A stretch of 63,965 bases of DNA, filler included, from Blastocystis sp. subtype 4 (taxonomy: Eukaryota): assembly GCF_000743755.1 (NCBI RefSeq). It is 9 parts of 9 records of this genome, joined end to end, with 100 filler letters (N's around TTAATTAATTAA, not from the genome) between each part and the next. Parts side by side here need not be neighbours in the genome. Positions count along the whole stretch, not along the records: positions 7,433 to 14,723 come from NW_014569147.1; positions 14,824 to 23,085 come from NW_014569146.1; positions 23,186 to 30,530 come from NW_014569145.1; 6 more parts are not named here. The stretch is one strand, 5' to 3'. Of this stretch, positions 12,897 to 25,714 are shown one piece after another; the stretch's first letter is position 1, and each line of letters begins with the position of its first letter. Made by a program: the position numbers and the translations under genes. The notes beneath the pieces are model-generated. The model made no database searches and had not been told where the DNA came from. It worked only from the letters and a program-made list of their open reading frames with translations.

Positions 12897-13601
12897 ATGA
12901 GCTCAGATCCTACACTCAATCCAGATTATCCACTATATGGATTCGACTTCATTGGGAATGATAACAATGGAGATTTGTATAGGAAGAATGGCCAGTTTTG
13001 TTATCTTTTTGTTAAGTATGTTGAGGGAAAGAGAGAAGGAAAGGCTGAAATGAAACTTATGGGAAAAGAGGAGCCTATCTGCATTTTGACTTATAGCAAT
13101 GACAAGTTGAATGGAAAGTGTACGCGTATTGATGATGATGGTCATAAGTTGATATATACATTGAAGGATGATGTTTTGGATGGTCCATTCTCTGAGTATG
13201 ATGAAAAGGGTTCTCTGCTTTGTCAAGGAGAGTATAAGAATGGAATACGAGTGAAAGAAGAGTTTCCTTCTTCTTCTAAGAAGGCTGCTGGAGTAGCTGC
13301 TGGTGTTGGAGCTGGTGTGGCTACTGCTGCTGCTACTGGTGCAGTAGGTGCTGGAGCAGCCTTAGTAGGCTTCGGTTCTCCTGGAATTATTGGTGGTTCT
13401 GCAGCTGCTTCTGCTATGAGTGCTGCATGGACATCTGGTGTAGGAACAGGTCTTGTATCTGCTGCTCAAAGTGCTGGAGCTCTTTTCATGAATGCTGTTG
13501 GAGGTAGTTACTTGGCAGCTACTGCTGCTGTTGCGGCTCCAGTTGTAGTGGGTGGAGCTGTAGGCTATGGTATTTACAAGATGTTGAAGCAAAAGAAGTG
13601 A
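12897..13601 (+). CDS. Intronless MORN-variant repeat protein fused to an IFI6/IFI27(ISG12)-like Gly/Ala-rich membrane domain
   Basis: YVEGKREG, YSNDKLNG, LKDDVLDGPFSEYDEKG, GEYKNG repeats; GFGSPGIIGGSAAASAMSAA...GLVSAAQSAGA. Confidence 0.7.
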   Translation: MSSDPTLNPDYPLYGFDFIGNDNNGDLYRKNGQFCYLFVKYVEGKREGKAEMKLMGKEEPICILTYSNDKLNGKCTRIDDDGHKLIYTLKDDVLDGPFSEYDEKGSLLCQGEYKNGIRVKEEFPSSSKKAAGVAAGVGAGVATAAATGAVGAGAALVGFGSPGIIGGSAAASAMSAAWTSGVGTGLVSAAQSAGALFMNAVGGSYLAATAAVAAPVVVGGAVGYGIYKMLKQKK

Positions 13602-14723
13602 AGATGATTCGACGAGTATAATGGTAGTACTTACCATTATTGACGATTCTATGTTATTTTTACAATTATTTCATGTTTAATACATTACAATCATCATACA
13701 TGATTCAGCTGGAGATGCATCAACAGGTCAGATTATCTGTCAGAAACGAAAAGCGTTCCCTTCAATTGCATTTGTTCTTTCATTTCATAACAGTGGAGAA
13801 GAATGAAGGTAGTTTATAGAGAACAAATCACTAGGCTAAGAGTGAAATGTTCAACAGATATATTGAATTCTCCATAGAAAGAAGGAAAAATGATTCCTCG
13901 ATAATCAGAAGAAGAATAGGATGAAGAGAGAGTTGAATAAGATTCCATCCGAAAATTGTCTCTGAATACTTTCAGGCAGTATTCTTGATGGTAGAAGAAT
14001 AGGGAGCAAATTAATTAGAAGCTTGTTGAGTATGTGGTTCCATGAAGCTTGTACATATGATAATATCATTGCTATCACTCATTAATATCCATGTTCCTAG
14101 ATAGTAGGAGGATCTCTCCTAAGGAAAGACCATGCAACTAGATGAAACAGTCAAGCAAACTTCATAAACATATTACCATCGATCTTTAAATAGAGGAGAA
14201 GAGTTGATTCTAGACAACTTCGAAGAACTGACCAGAGTCTCAATTTCAAGTACTATTTGCGACAGTAAAGAAACTCTGACTAGATTAAGATTGAATAGAA
14301 TGGAAAAAGTGTTCGAAGTGAGAACCATGTGAAAAGAGAAGAATAAAATGAAAGGTTACAACATAGGAGGATAAACAACAATATCTCGTTGATGCATTAT
14401 TTGCCTTCTTATCTATATATGAGATAGAAACTATCTAGTTGACAGTATCAAATCACAGCACAATAATCATGAAGGAAGGGAACAAAAATTATGCAGTGAA
14501 CATTTGGAGAATCTATCTTTGAATAATGTGGAATACATATGATTCCCGCGGTAATGAGAAAGAGGATAAAAGAAATCCAAACAATTGTTCCAGTAATAGA
14601 ACAGATAATCCAAATATGGATATAAGAATGAAAGTAGATAATGTTGAATCAATATCAAAGAAGATGAATGGAGTAGAATGGAGAATGAAGTGGAAAGAGT
14701 ACTTGAAAGAGAGTGTATTGAAT

Positions 14724-14823
14724 NNNNNNNNNNNNNNNNNNNNNNNNNNNNNNNNNNNNNNNNNNNNTTAATTAATTAANNNNNNNNNNNNNNNNNNNNN
14801 NNNNNNNNNNNNNNNNNNNNNNN
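14724..14823. other. Artificial contig linker
   Basis: N44-TTAATTAATTAA-N44. Confidence 0.98.
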
Positions 14824-16154
14824 ATTCTTATCACGATACTTCTTCATATTCCAATTCTTATCAGGATTATCACTTATCAAATACTTCAAACTACTTCCAA
14901 AAGGAATATCATCACCCAAAGTGATCATTTGTACCTGAGAATCTCCTACCACATTCCATATCATCATATCATTGACATCATCATGTTCGTCAAGGAAGTA
15001 CATTTCATATTCTCGTGAATCCTTACCTCTTGTTACATTGAGATAGTACCTTCCAGGATCCAAACATAGAACGTTACCATACTCACCATTTACCCAATCA
15101 GTGAATACAAGATTCTGATTGATATCATAGATATAGAGATCGTCTGTATTTCCACTAGGACGACTGATATGAAGATAAGAATACTGAGGAGGACACTGGT
15201 TGATATAAATGTTCAATACAACCTCAGAATTACCCTTCTCATTCGATGCTCTCATTGTGAAAGTGTGTACTCCGTATGGTAATCGCACTCTCAATTCCTG
15301 ATAAATGTCATTCCATCGCACATTTGAACTAGATGGTTCAATGACAACTGGATAGTAATGATCTGAAATAGGAATAGAGAATTTGACATCCTGATTTGTC
15401 AAGCCTACCATATACTCTGGAGTAGTAATCACAGGAACTCCTGAAGAATGATAAGAGAGTGTATTCTGAGATGACTGTTGATAATCCACAACAGTTCGCA
15501 TCAAAATGAGATTGTCTTCACCATAAATAGTGACATAGCAATTGAATACAGCAGTTCGTGGACAATACACAATAACATCCATATCATCTTCATACAAACA
15601 CAAATCTCTGCCAACTCCAACAGTTACATTCCGAAGGAAAGTGGAGTGATAGTTGATTGTCATAGTCACACCACCTGACTGAATTACATGATAATAGAAA
15701 CCAGAGGGACAAGTAATCACATCCAAACTGAATGAAGCACTAACAACCACTGTTGATTCCACTGAAATTGTATACTCCTTTGTTTCATTAGTGTATAGTG
15801 GGTATCCATGAATCGTCAGAGTAGTTGTATCAAAAGTCAAACCATCAGGAAGGGATGGAACAATACTCCATTTTCCACCTGGTACAGTACTTGATACATA
15901 GTAAACAACATAGTCGTCTCTAGCAATGAAGTGGAGTTGAGTAGTCTCTTGACCCTTATCATCTCGGATTATAATTGAATCATCGTTAGTAACTATATAT
16001 CAATTGAATCCATATTGATTACTTCCATCTACAGACTTTGCGGAAACTAACGTACAACTAACTATACATCATAACCAGAGACATTCGATACGTAGCAAAG
16101 TCAATACAAGATGATGAAACAACATCGATGAATAGATTACAAGCTAACAATCAT
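14824..16154 (-). CDS. Secreted/surface protein with putative Ig (He_PIG-like) domains, 3' truncated by contig end
   Basis: PSLPDGLTFDTTTLTIHGYP and FTMRASNEKGNSEVVLNIYI are typical putative-Ig repeats; beta-rich; start approximate. Confidence 0.65.
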
Positions 16155-16463
16155 CAGAATTGTCCCGCGGGAATCTGATATTGTAGTAACATGATAATCT
16201 TTGTTCAATTCATTTCAATAATGTACTATCATTCACTTCAGAATCTCAAATGAATGAATCAAAGTTGAAACCAAGAACAAACAGATTTCTATTGTTAACA
16301 ATTCAAATGGAATGTGAGAACTGAATATGAGATCAATGATGAATGAACGAAAACCGCGATTCTTGAACTACAATTACAAGCTCATTGTTACTATCTCATT
16401 CAATGGTGTTCTTTTGGGTGAACAATCGCTCTTTCGATATATTCAACTTCTTTCTAGAAGAGT

Positions 16464-18026
16464 ATGGAACAAAAGGACCGCTACCCAAAGAGAGTGTTCT
16501 TCAGCTCGCTCTGGCATTTAAAGAACATGGTATTCGTGAATTCGAGTACTAAATAGCAATCTGGACTGATTCTAAGTCTAAATGAATGGTGTCAGTTTTC
16601 TAATGTCATGACTTTATTTCCTGAAGATCAGTCAATCATGTATGTAACTTTCATTTCTTCTTCTGTAGATTGTTTCAGATTCTTCAATCGTTTGCTAAGG
16701 TGAAGTGTAATAATATGATCTCTGTCTGATAAATTAGCTGCATTCATAGATATTCATTATTTTGTTGTGATGCTCTTCGTTCTATCCTATGACCCATATA
16801 GACATGACGAATCGATGGATTACACATCGATTTTTAAGCGTTGTGGAACTGAGCAAGTTATTTCCGAAGATACTCTTGTCTGTATTTCTCTCTCTATTTG
16901 AGTTTTAGCCATTTGATATCAAAGAACAAGCAGAAATGATTCACAGATCTTCATATGTTTATGACAATTTGCTCATTCTCTTTATTACCTTGTTCTATGA
17001 GGATATCACATCTCACCCACTCTCTGAAATCATTGAACATGCAGTCAATAGTGATTACAGTTTTTTCCTTGATGGACTTGTAATCACTCCTGAGTCTTTG
17101 CGGTATCTTTCTTATGTTCTATGTGCAGGCGAGTCTCTTGGAGAAGTTTATTTCCGTTTTTTTTTTGAATTGTAGGAACAACCTTTTGAATCCCTGTTTC
17201 CTTCTTCCATGTTATGTGATTCTGAATACAATGTATTTGACTTAATTGTATTCATCGAGCGGAATATGGTACAGGTATCGCTCTCGGATCGTATGAAACA
17301 TGCCAAAGTCAATGGAGAACGATTCATCGTGAATCACAAGAATGAGGAGTTATTGGTCACTTCATCCATCATTACACCTGCTGTATTGATTATCAAGAAC
17401 ATTAAGGGAGGTATGATTGAAGATGGCAACAATTACTCATATCCTATTTAACTCATTTGTCGTTCATTTAACTTGTACGTTTATTTTCATTGAAGATTGT
17501 GAAGGTGTGAATCTTCAATTAGCTACTGCATCTGCAATTGTTATAGTACAGAATTGTAAACGAATCTCCCTCTCTATTTGCTGTGAACGATTGATTATGG
17601 AGTATGTATAATATTTCTCATGCAACTTGTAGATCCTGTTTTCGAATTCTTCTCTATATTTATACACCATCAAATCCACTTATTCTAGCTTCTTCACATC
17701 TTATTGTATCTCCTTATAATATTCCGAGACCTAATTTGATTTCCAAGTTAGCTAGGAATGATCTAGTGGGTAGGAATTGCTGGGATTATGGAATTGATGT
17801 ATTTCGTGTACTTTGCTTGTTGAATTGTAGATAAATGGATATTGTGTTCATTATTCACTTCTTCCTGTGGATCAATTCTCACCATTCATGTGCTACGAAG
17901 CACTTGTTGGTGAAGATGTTGAATATGAGGTAAAATAATAGTTATGTTATTAATTCTAGCTTCCTCTATTACCCACCGAGTATGAAGAAAAGATGAAGAA
18001 AACACTAGATCAATTTAAATCCAATT
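16464..18026 (+). CDS. Tubulin-binding cofactor C domain protein (TBCCD1-like); includes a U12-type intron; stop completed by poly(A)
   Basis: C-CAP/cofactor-C beta-helix pattern IFIEDCEGVNLQL..VIVQNCKRISLSICCERLIMESC..YIYTPSNPLIL..SPYN. Confidence 0.75.
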
Positions 18027-18030
18027 GTTT

Positions 18031-18038
18031 TGTTTGTT
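18031..18038 (+). terminator. TGTTTGTT polyadenylation motif (predicted cleavage after T18026)
   Basis: Perfect motif starting 5 nt after the first base of an in-frame codon. Confidence 0.8.
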
Positions 18039-18074
18039 AAAAACAGATATTAAATCAACAGGTCATGGTACACA

Positions 18075-18573
18075 TTATCCTTCTAGGTTCTCCTTCATTG
18101 ATGCAATTGACGAAGCAACTACCTTTACAGCAGATTCATCACGAACAATCTTCTTCACTGGAGGTTCAGGCAATTCACCCTTCAATCGCTTCTCATACTT
18201 CTCATGACGTTGTTTCTTCTTTAAACGTTTCAACTGGTTTTTCTGAAGCTTTTTATCCGTTTCTGCTTTGTTCAAAGCCGCTTTCTGCTGAGCCTCAATC
18301 TTGCGTTTCCGCTCTTCCTCTTCCTTCTTCATCCGTTCTTCTCGATCTTGTTCAATGAATTTTGCACGTCGATAAAGAAAGAAGGAGGCACTATTAGAAC
18401 CAGCTTGACTCTGAGCCAATTGCTCCATTTTTTCCAATCTCCACACCTGACGTGTCTTTCTTGCAGGATCATAATAGGCTCCAAAGTCATCTGGAGCACT
18501 CTTCTCCATTGAGCGAATATAGTCTTCTGGACTCTATAGCAGTTAACAATAGGAGCTAAATACCAACTTGCAT
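18075..18573 (-). CDS. PRKRIP1-like (DUF1168) protein
   Basis: SQAGSNSASFFLYRRAK followed by a charged coiled coil, like the GSSAGAGSGEFHVYR motif of PRKRIP1. Confidence 0.6.
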
Positions 18574-18632
18574 GTTACGAAGAAGAATTGACTAAACTAC
18601 TTCTTTCTTTGTTGAAGATTCTTTGACTGGAA

Positions 18633-20314
18633 ATGGAGTCAGGAAAACGGATGCATCCACGAGAAGCGTCGGAAGCGTTCTCTTCTGGGATGGTTACAGC
18701 TACAGGTGAACGTGTATTCATTCCAATGCGAAAGCGAGATAAAGTTGATAACACTCTCAATGAAAATGGAATTGACTCCTATACTGATCTTTCAGCTATT
18801 CCTTCTCTCTCAGATGAAGATATTCGCTTGATTCGTATGCAAAATCGGATTGAAATTGAAGGGGACGATATTGTTGGACCAATCTTGAAGTTCACCAATA
18901 TTGGTCTTCAAGTTCCGGTATTGAAGAAAATCGCTTCTATGGGTATTTCTGTATGGAACTGAAAGGATCCTTACACGTAGACACCGAAACCTGTGCAAAT
19001 GCAGGGAATGCCCCTAATAATGAGTGGAAGAGATATTGTGATTCATTCAGAAACAGGTTCAGGGAAAACACTGACGTATGTACTTCCTTTGCTCAAGCTG
19101 TTACAACAGATCCCCGTTTCAACTCCTCAGACAGGTCCAGTGGCCTTGATCATCGCTCCTACTCGAGAACTAGCAGACCAAATTCATAATACCATTTCCC
19201 ATTTCATGCTTTCTCCTCTGATTCCGGAATTCATGATTCAATCTTACAGAGAAGAAGATGTCAATCTTGTTGAAATGATGAATCTTTCTCATTCACAGAG
19301 TCAATTCACCTCGGATGGGCGTTTTCGACATCGCGTTTTGGGTACTTGGGGAGGAGAAAGTCTTCCTCTCCAACATATGGAACTGTCAAAAGGAATTGAT
19401 ATTTTGGTCAGTACCCCAGGTCGACTCATTGACTTGTTAAGCAAAGGTTGGGTTTCATTACAACAGTAGAATTGGTTCCTTTTCATTCTGTGTAGCGTTC
19501 GCTATTTTGTTCTGGATGAAGCTGATAAGGCTTGTGATATTGAAATGGAGAATCAGATTCGATCTGTACCTTCTTTTGCTGTTTCCTCATTAGATTGCCA
19601 ATCAACTCCCATCAACAGGTACACAGACTATTGTATGAGGTGAACTCTCTGAGGTCACATCTAGTTGTGCTCAGCAACCTTCCCAATAGCCGTGCAACGA
19701 CTCATTAATAGTTGTGTTGTGTCTCCTATTACTCTTCGTGTCAACAGTGTGGACATGACACATGGAGGACTGAGTTCGGATGTTACCGTAGTGACTCGTG
19801 TTGTCACAAGCAATACGCGGTTTGTTCGATTTCTTCATTCCAGTCATACTAAGGATGCACTTCTCGATACACTTCGCTCCATCTCCGAACCTCCTGTATT
19901 GATCTTTGTCAACAGTATTGGTGCGATTGAATCTCTCGTTGTTCAACTCCGACAAGAGCAGTTTCATGTGTGTGGCATTCACAGTGAATATCCTCAAGAA
20001 CTTCGATCGGCTGTCGTTCGTGCTTTTCGAGAAGGAGGTGTAGATATTCTCGTTTGTGCCTCTCTGCTGGAACGTGGAATTGATTTTGATGTCGATGAAG
20101 TGATTCTCTACGAAGTGCCAGATACGATCGAGAAAGTGAAGCACCGAGCAGGAAGAACAGGTAGAGGAGGCAATAAAGGGAGAGTTACAGTGTTTATCAC
20201 AAAGGAATGTAAGATCATGAAAGAATATAAACGCCTATTAAAAGATGCCCATCAAGTACTTTATCTGTGATTATTGATAGATAGTTCATTCCTCCTGAAC
20301 TCGATTCTTTGTAA
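18633..20314 (+). CDS. DEAD-box RNA helicase (DDX41/Prp28-like)
   Basis: Q motif, SETGSGKT, APTRELA, TPGRL, LDEAD, SAT, PPVLIFVN, ERGID, HRAGRTGR. Confidence 0.9.
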
Positions 20315-20388
20315 AGTAGTTCTTTTAGATTTTGTTAATTGACAAACATATTTGACTGCAGTATACTGCAAAATACCATACTACTATC

Positions 20389-20883
20389 TTACAAAGTGGA
20401 ATTAACTAGGCAACGATGATACAATGCAGTAGCAATATACAATGAAGACTGAAATTCTGCATTGTTCCACTGCAACACCCAATTTGGGGATGGGACCACA
20501 CCAACTGACAATTCCATACACCTTAGTTTTCGTTTCCTTTCCTTGTTGACATATGACTGAATAAGGTCGTTTAACATGGTGTCACTGACTACTTGAAACT
20601 CTGTTGAGGAAGGACTCGCCTGTATCTGTCTAGATACAGTTAGGCTGTTACTCGGCCCTCCCGGTATAACCTGGACTGAATTATCTCTGGTATAGAGATC
20701 AACTCTTTTCCTCTCATGGAGAATATTCCGACAAGACTTGCAAAATGGGGTAATCCTTTTTGTCACTTCATCAGCGAAAAGACAGTCATCAAGAGTACGT
20801 GTGCATAATTGGCACACATACCTTGTTTTCCCCCTTTTTCTTCCACTAGGTATCCTAGTAAGAGCAAGAGTGCGAAAGCTCAT
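20389..20883 (-). CDS. Intronless hypothetical protein with a C4 zinc finger
   Basis: CQLC...F...CKSC preceded by basic RKRGK. Confidence 0.55.
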   Translation of the reverse strand: MSFRTLALTRIPSGRKRGKTRYVCQLCTRTLDDCLFADEVTKRITPFCKSCRNILHERKRVDLYTRDNSVQVIPGGPSNSLTVSRQIQASPSSTEFQVVSDTMLNDLIQSYVNKERKRKLRCMELSVGVVPSPNWVLQWNNAEFQSSLYIATALYHRCLVNSTL

Positions 20884-21101
20884 ATCTTGGATATAAAATA
20901 AATATCTTGTTCAATAGTAAAACAAAAACACTCAACAGCGAAATGCAAAAACACACTGCAAAATACTGGATAAAACCGTGTCTAATCTACAATCTGTGGA
21001 ACACATATCTTCAATGTTCTCCTCACAACGAATAATCTTTGAATGTGAAAATACAAGAGTATTATCAATATCCTTAGGAAAAGAAACAATTTGTCAACAT
21101 T

Positions 21102-22867
21102 TCAAGACTCTTGGGCCATATCCACCGATACACTCCGACTATCCAAAGCTTCATCAATTCGTTTGATTATCTTTTCATAGTTGAAAGCAAAGTGATGAAT
21201 CAAAACCATTGGAGATATAATAATTGTATTCGGGAAGTTGGATCCCTTTTCATACACACATCCTCCAGGGCTTCCATCGACTTTTGCAATCATACGTCGA
21301 ACTTGTTCTATTACGGATTTCTCCTCTTTCTATTGATTATTTTCGCTCACTACATTTACATCCGTCACTCTTCGTTTCCGCTTCTCATATTCATCATACT
21401 TCTCGATGCATGGATGGAGATAATACACAGTTCCAGGAAGATACATATTGATAAGTGTATCTGAAGGTGCAAATAAGGACTGATAAGTTTCAACAGTTGA
21501 TTTCTTCGCATGATGCAACCAAGTTCGCTTTTCATGGCAATTATTTGTAATTCGATGCAAGGCATCCTCGATTCCATCCTTCGATAATCGCGGGACAAGA
21601 TCATCTTCATTTACAAAACTGTAGACATATCCAACGCCCTTATCCCGAACAGAAGAAGAGAGAATTGGAGGAGGAGCGATAGCGAAACAAACTGGCTTAT
21701 TGTACATTCGATGATATCTCCAATTGATCGTAATCAAAGATGCAATTCCAGCACCCAGCGAGTGACCAACTGCTACGACTCGATATTCAGGATATTCCGA
21801 TAGAGCAGAAGTGATTGCATTGTTGAGTTGTTCGTTCTTGAGCATGGCATTGGCAATTAACGCAATACCTTCATGAGCCTTTCCTGATCCCCATTTCGTA
21901 CCACAGCACTTGAAATCAGAGATAAAATCTTTGATGCACCAAGTACCACGAATGCACAACACAATGCTCTTTGTAGCATGGTGACGAACCAGAAAATAGG
22001 GAGGAGGAGTAATTTGCAAGCCACTGGAAGTAGTGATTGATTCCCCATCATCATCTTCACAACCCCAATTTACATACAGCAGATCATCCAATGAAATATG
22101 ACAATGATCACAGAAAGCTTGCTTGTATCCTTCTCGATCACTCTTTCCAATCAGCAAATGCTTCACATCCTCTGGTCTATCCACTTCTCCCATGAGACCG
22201 TAAACCATAGCGGAACCATACATTCCAGTAGCCATTTCACTGTAGACACATGCCTGATCAATAATCGGTTTTGTAGAGGAGTCAATTCGGGTATTGGTTA
22301 ACGAAATCGGTTCCTAGGATAAAAAGACAATAAAAAACTATACTTGGTTGGATCCCGCCTTGTAGATCCCACCTAAGATCGAAAATGAAGAAAAGTTGTC
22401 AAACTGAGAAAGATAGGGCTCAAAAAGTGTCTTAATAACTTTATAACAACTACCAATTATTGCATCCTTCAAAACTGACTTCATGTAATCATCAGGAACA
22501 ATACTTGTCCATATCTTCGAAACAAATGTAGACCGACGGTGAGTCATTTCCTCATAATAGCTAGGATATTTTTGTTGTAGCAAGCACAGTCCACCCTTTC
22601 CAACAAAGTAAGCACCGCATATCTTTGGAATTAGATAGTTACATCCGAAAAGATGTCTACAATGAATACTGATTCGTATCCTTACGGTTTGATGAAGAAA
22701 CCTCCAACAAGCAGCGTCCCAGCAACAAGGTCCATTCTTGTTACATGATTTCTACAAAAGTCAAGGAGACGGAGGAATCTACAAGTCATCCCAATATCAA
22801 TCCTCAACTGAGGGGAATTAACGATTTTTCTGTACATCTCGATGGCAAAATTCTTGATTGGCTGCAT
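21102..22867 (-). CDS. Class 3 lipase (diacylglycerol lipase-like)
   Basis: LCIRGT, AHEG, VGHSLGAG nucleophile elbow, DDLVPRL. Confidence 0.88.
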
Positions 22868-22971
22868 TATACGGAAATGACTTCCTCAATTCTGAAGTTA
22901 CTTTCGATGACTGCTGTCAAAAGAATACTTACTATTACTGAATTGAAACAAACAACCCCACTAACGCTCTA

Positions 22972-23085
22972 TTACTTCATTCTCAGTTGATAATCACCAT
23001 TACGAGTGATGTATCGTACCCATGGTAAAGCCTGATAACCACTCTTCTCCACAATCTTCAAATACCGCACTTGTAAACCAGATGC
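22972..23085 (-). CDS. AP1M: AP-1 complex mu subunit, C-terminal fragment
   Basis: ASGLQVRYLKIVEKSGYQALPWVRYITRNGDYQLRMK-stop. Confidence 0.9.
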   Translation of the reverse strand, partial: ASGLQVRYLKIVEKSGYQALPWVRYITRNGDYQLRMK

Positions 23086-23185
23086 NNNNNNNNNNNNNNN
23101 NNNNNNNNNNNNNNNNNNNNNNNNNNNNNTTAATTAATTAANNNNNNNNNNNNNNNNNNNNNNNNNNNNNNNNNNNNNNNNNNNN
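23086..23185. other. Artificial contig linker
   Basis: N44-TTAATTAATTAA-N44. Confidence 0.98.
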
Positions 23186-23303
23186 TTTACAGAACAATAC
23201 ACTGGAAGTCAACTAACAAACACTCAATGACAATAACGAATCCTTTAAATCAAATCGGTGATATTCATGGGCATTTCATCGATCCAAGTAGAGAATAGCT
23301 ATC

Positions 23304-24622
23304 TTAATCACTTTTCTGTTTTGATTCCATAGAATGGATTAAACTCACACACCGTAGACATACTACAGCTAAGAGCACAAAACTAGCTTCAAGAAGAGGA
23401 GCCAGTCTAAAAGGGCATAGAGAACGAAAGAGGAGGCTCACAGGATATCCGGCAACAGCAGCTGCTATTTGGGTATTCAGGCTCGCAAATCCAAGAACTC
23501 GACTTGGCCTAAAGTGATGACATTCTTGCATGATTAACAGTTCCATCATCGAGTAGGGAATAGAAAGGAAAAACCCAGACAGTCCGCTTGCTACATAATA
23601 CAGCCACTGTTTGTTCCCAAGGGATGCTAATTGAGGAAGAGCGGTTGCTATGATAGCGATGAATGAACAGAAAGAAAGTGACTGTAGTGTTGTCCATGAT
23701 GTGAAACGAGTAGACAAGAAACCTGAATGTCACAAGAAGAAGGAAAACAAACCAAAGAGAAGTAAAGAAATGATTCCAAAAATCTCAAAGAGATTAGAAC
23801 TATAGGTAAAGATGGTTACAGACTGATCTGTTGTGACTGGGAAGAGATGTTGCAGATACACAGAAGACCACTCACTTATGATTCGGCGAGTGAGATAAAT
23901 CTATATAAAACATGAATTAGGGGAATACGAGAAATTGGGCAATAAACGACAATATGAGGCAAAACAACTCTCGTGCAACCGGTTGTCCGACACTCTGATT
24001 GGTCTTCTTTGCATTGTCAAGCTTGGAATGCTCTGTCTGTGGAAAGAAGACATAGAAAACGACAGTACATCCCATACCGAATTTGGCCAGAATGGAAAAT
24101 ACCTTTGGGATCGATCGGATATAATAGACCAGTGAAGTAGAAATAACTGCTCCTAAATTCGATGTAAGCGCTAGAAGGGACCAGAGAAGGCTTTGATCTA
24201 GTTGATAGAGTACGAATATCACTACAATGAGGTTCAATAAACTTTTGAATAACGATAGAGGAGCAAGGAAAGGGTAGACCAAGAGTAACATCGAGAAGAA
24301 TGAAACCCAAAGCAAGCAGAGAAGAATTGTCATATTGCATAATACTCATCATAATGCAGACACAGCATACAGAAACAGATGCAATACTCACATACTTGTC
24401 AATCGGGAACCAGTCCATCAAATAATATGCTAGAAACCGAAAGATTCCAAAGCAAATAGAGGAAAAAGAAGAAGTAAACCCATATAAGTCTTGAGTAAGT
24501 ACACCAGAGTGAAGAAGCGTTGGAGCACTTGCTACCAACAATCTTCGGCCTGAATTAAAGAATAAATAGAGTGCTAATAATGCAGAGATGAAACTCAACT
24601 GGGTTAGAGTAAGATTCATCAA
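23304..24622 (-). CDS. MFS transporter, probably organophosphate:Pi antiporter (GlpT/SLC37-like)
   Basis: Many hydrophobic helices; N-terminal FNSGRRLLVASAPTLL...FGIFRFLAYYLMD pattern; start uncertain. Confidence 0.65.
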
Positions 24623-24771
24623 ATAAAATGCAAAAGAGGGCTCTTACGGCATCCCAATTCCCTGTCCATAAGCCCTTTTCATCGATTTCTCTTCAGATTC
24701 ATAGCCATTCATCAATTTACTTCTACAACAAACAGTCGATTCGAATTTAAAGAAACTCTTATAATTGCAGC

Positions 24772-25167
<396 letters not shown>

Positions 25168-25607
25168 TTCGCAAAAATATACTTCTGATAATCCAAGAAT
25201 CACTGACTTATCTACTAAACACACTCAGCGACAGAATCACCAGAAAACCGTGATCATCGCTTTCATTCTTTCATTCCATATTACAATCATTGAATTCTGA
25301 ATTCAATTTGTTACGAAAACTGATTGAAATCAATGAATTAGTGATTCGAAAGAGATTTGAAAAGACAAGTGGAATCAAGTGAACCGTTGGACATAGAAAT
25401 CCCTCAATTCATTTCTGAATGAATAATAAACTCAGATCCTCTTTCTTGAGGTTTGTAAGATCTGTTTCCAATCCATACAGAATTGATAGTTCTATTACAT
25501 GAAAATGAGAATTAAAACAAAATGATAGTAGAATAAGCCAAATTGATTTAATAATGACCTAGAATCATGAAGAGAAACAGAGTGACGCGTTCAAAATGAC
25601 TGGTTTC

Positions 25608-25651
25608 NNNNNNNNNNNNNNNNNNNNNNNNNNNNNNNNNNNNNNNNNNNN
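25608..25651. other. Assembly gap (44 N, no linker)
   Basis: Run of N. Confidence 0.95.
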
Positions 25652-25714
25652 CTCATTTAGGTGTTCTTCTCTCATTTATTCTTATTTGTACGTTCTTCTT
25701 TCTTCTTCTTAGGA

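Noticed and set aside
13700..14723. Possible degenerate leucine-rich-repeat-like gene (EELILDNFEELTRVSIS...)
   Set aside because: Frames are interrupted and I could not build a consistent gene model
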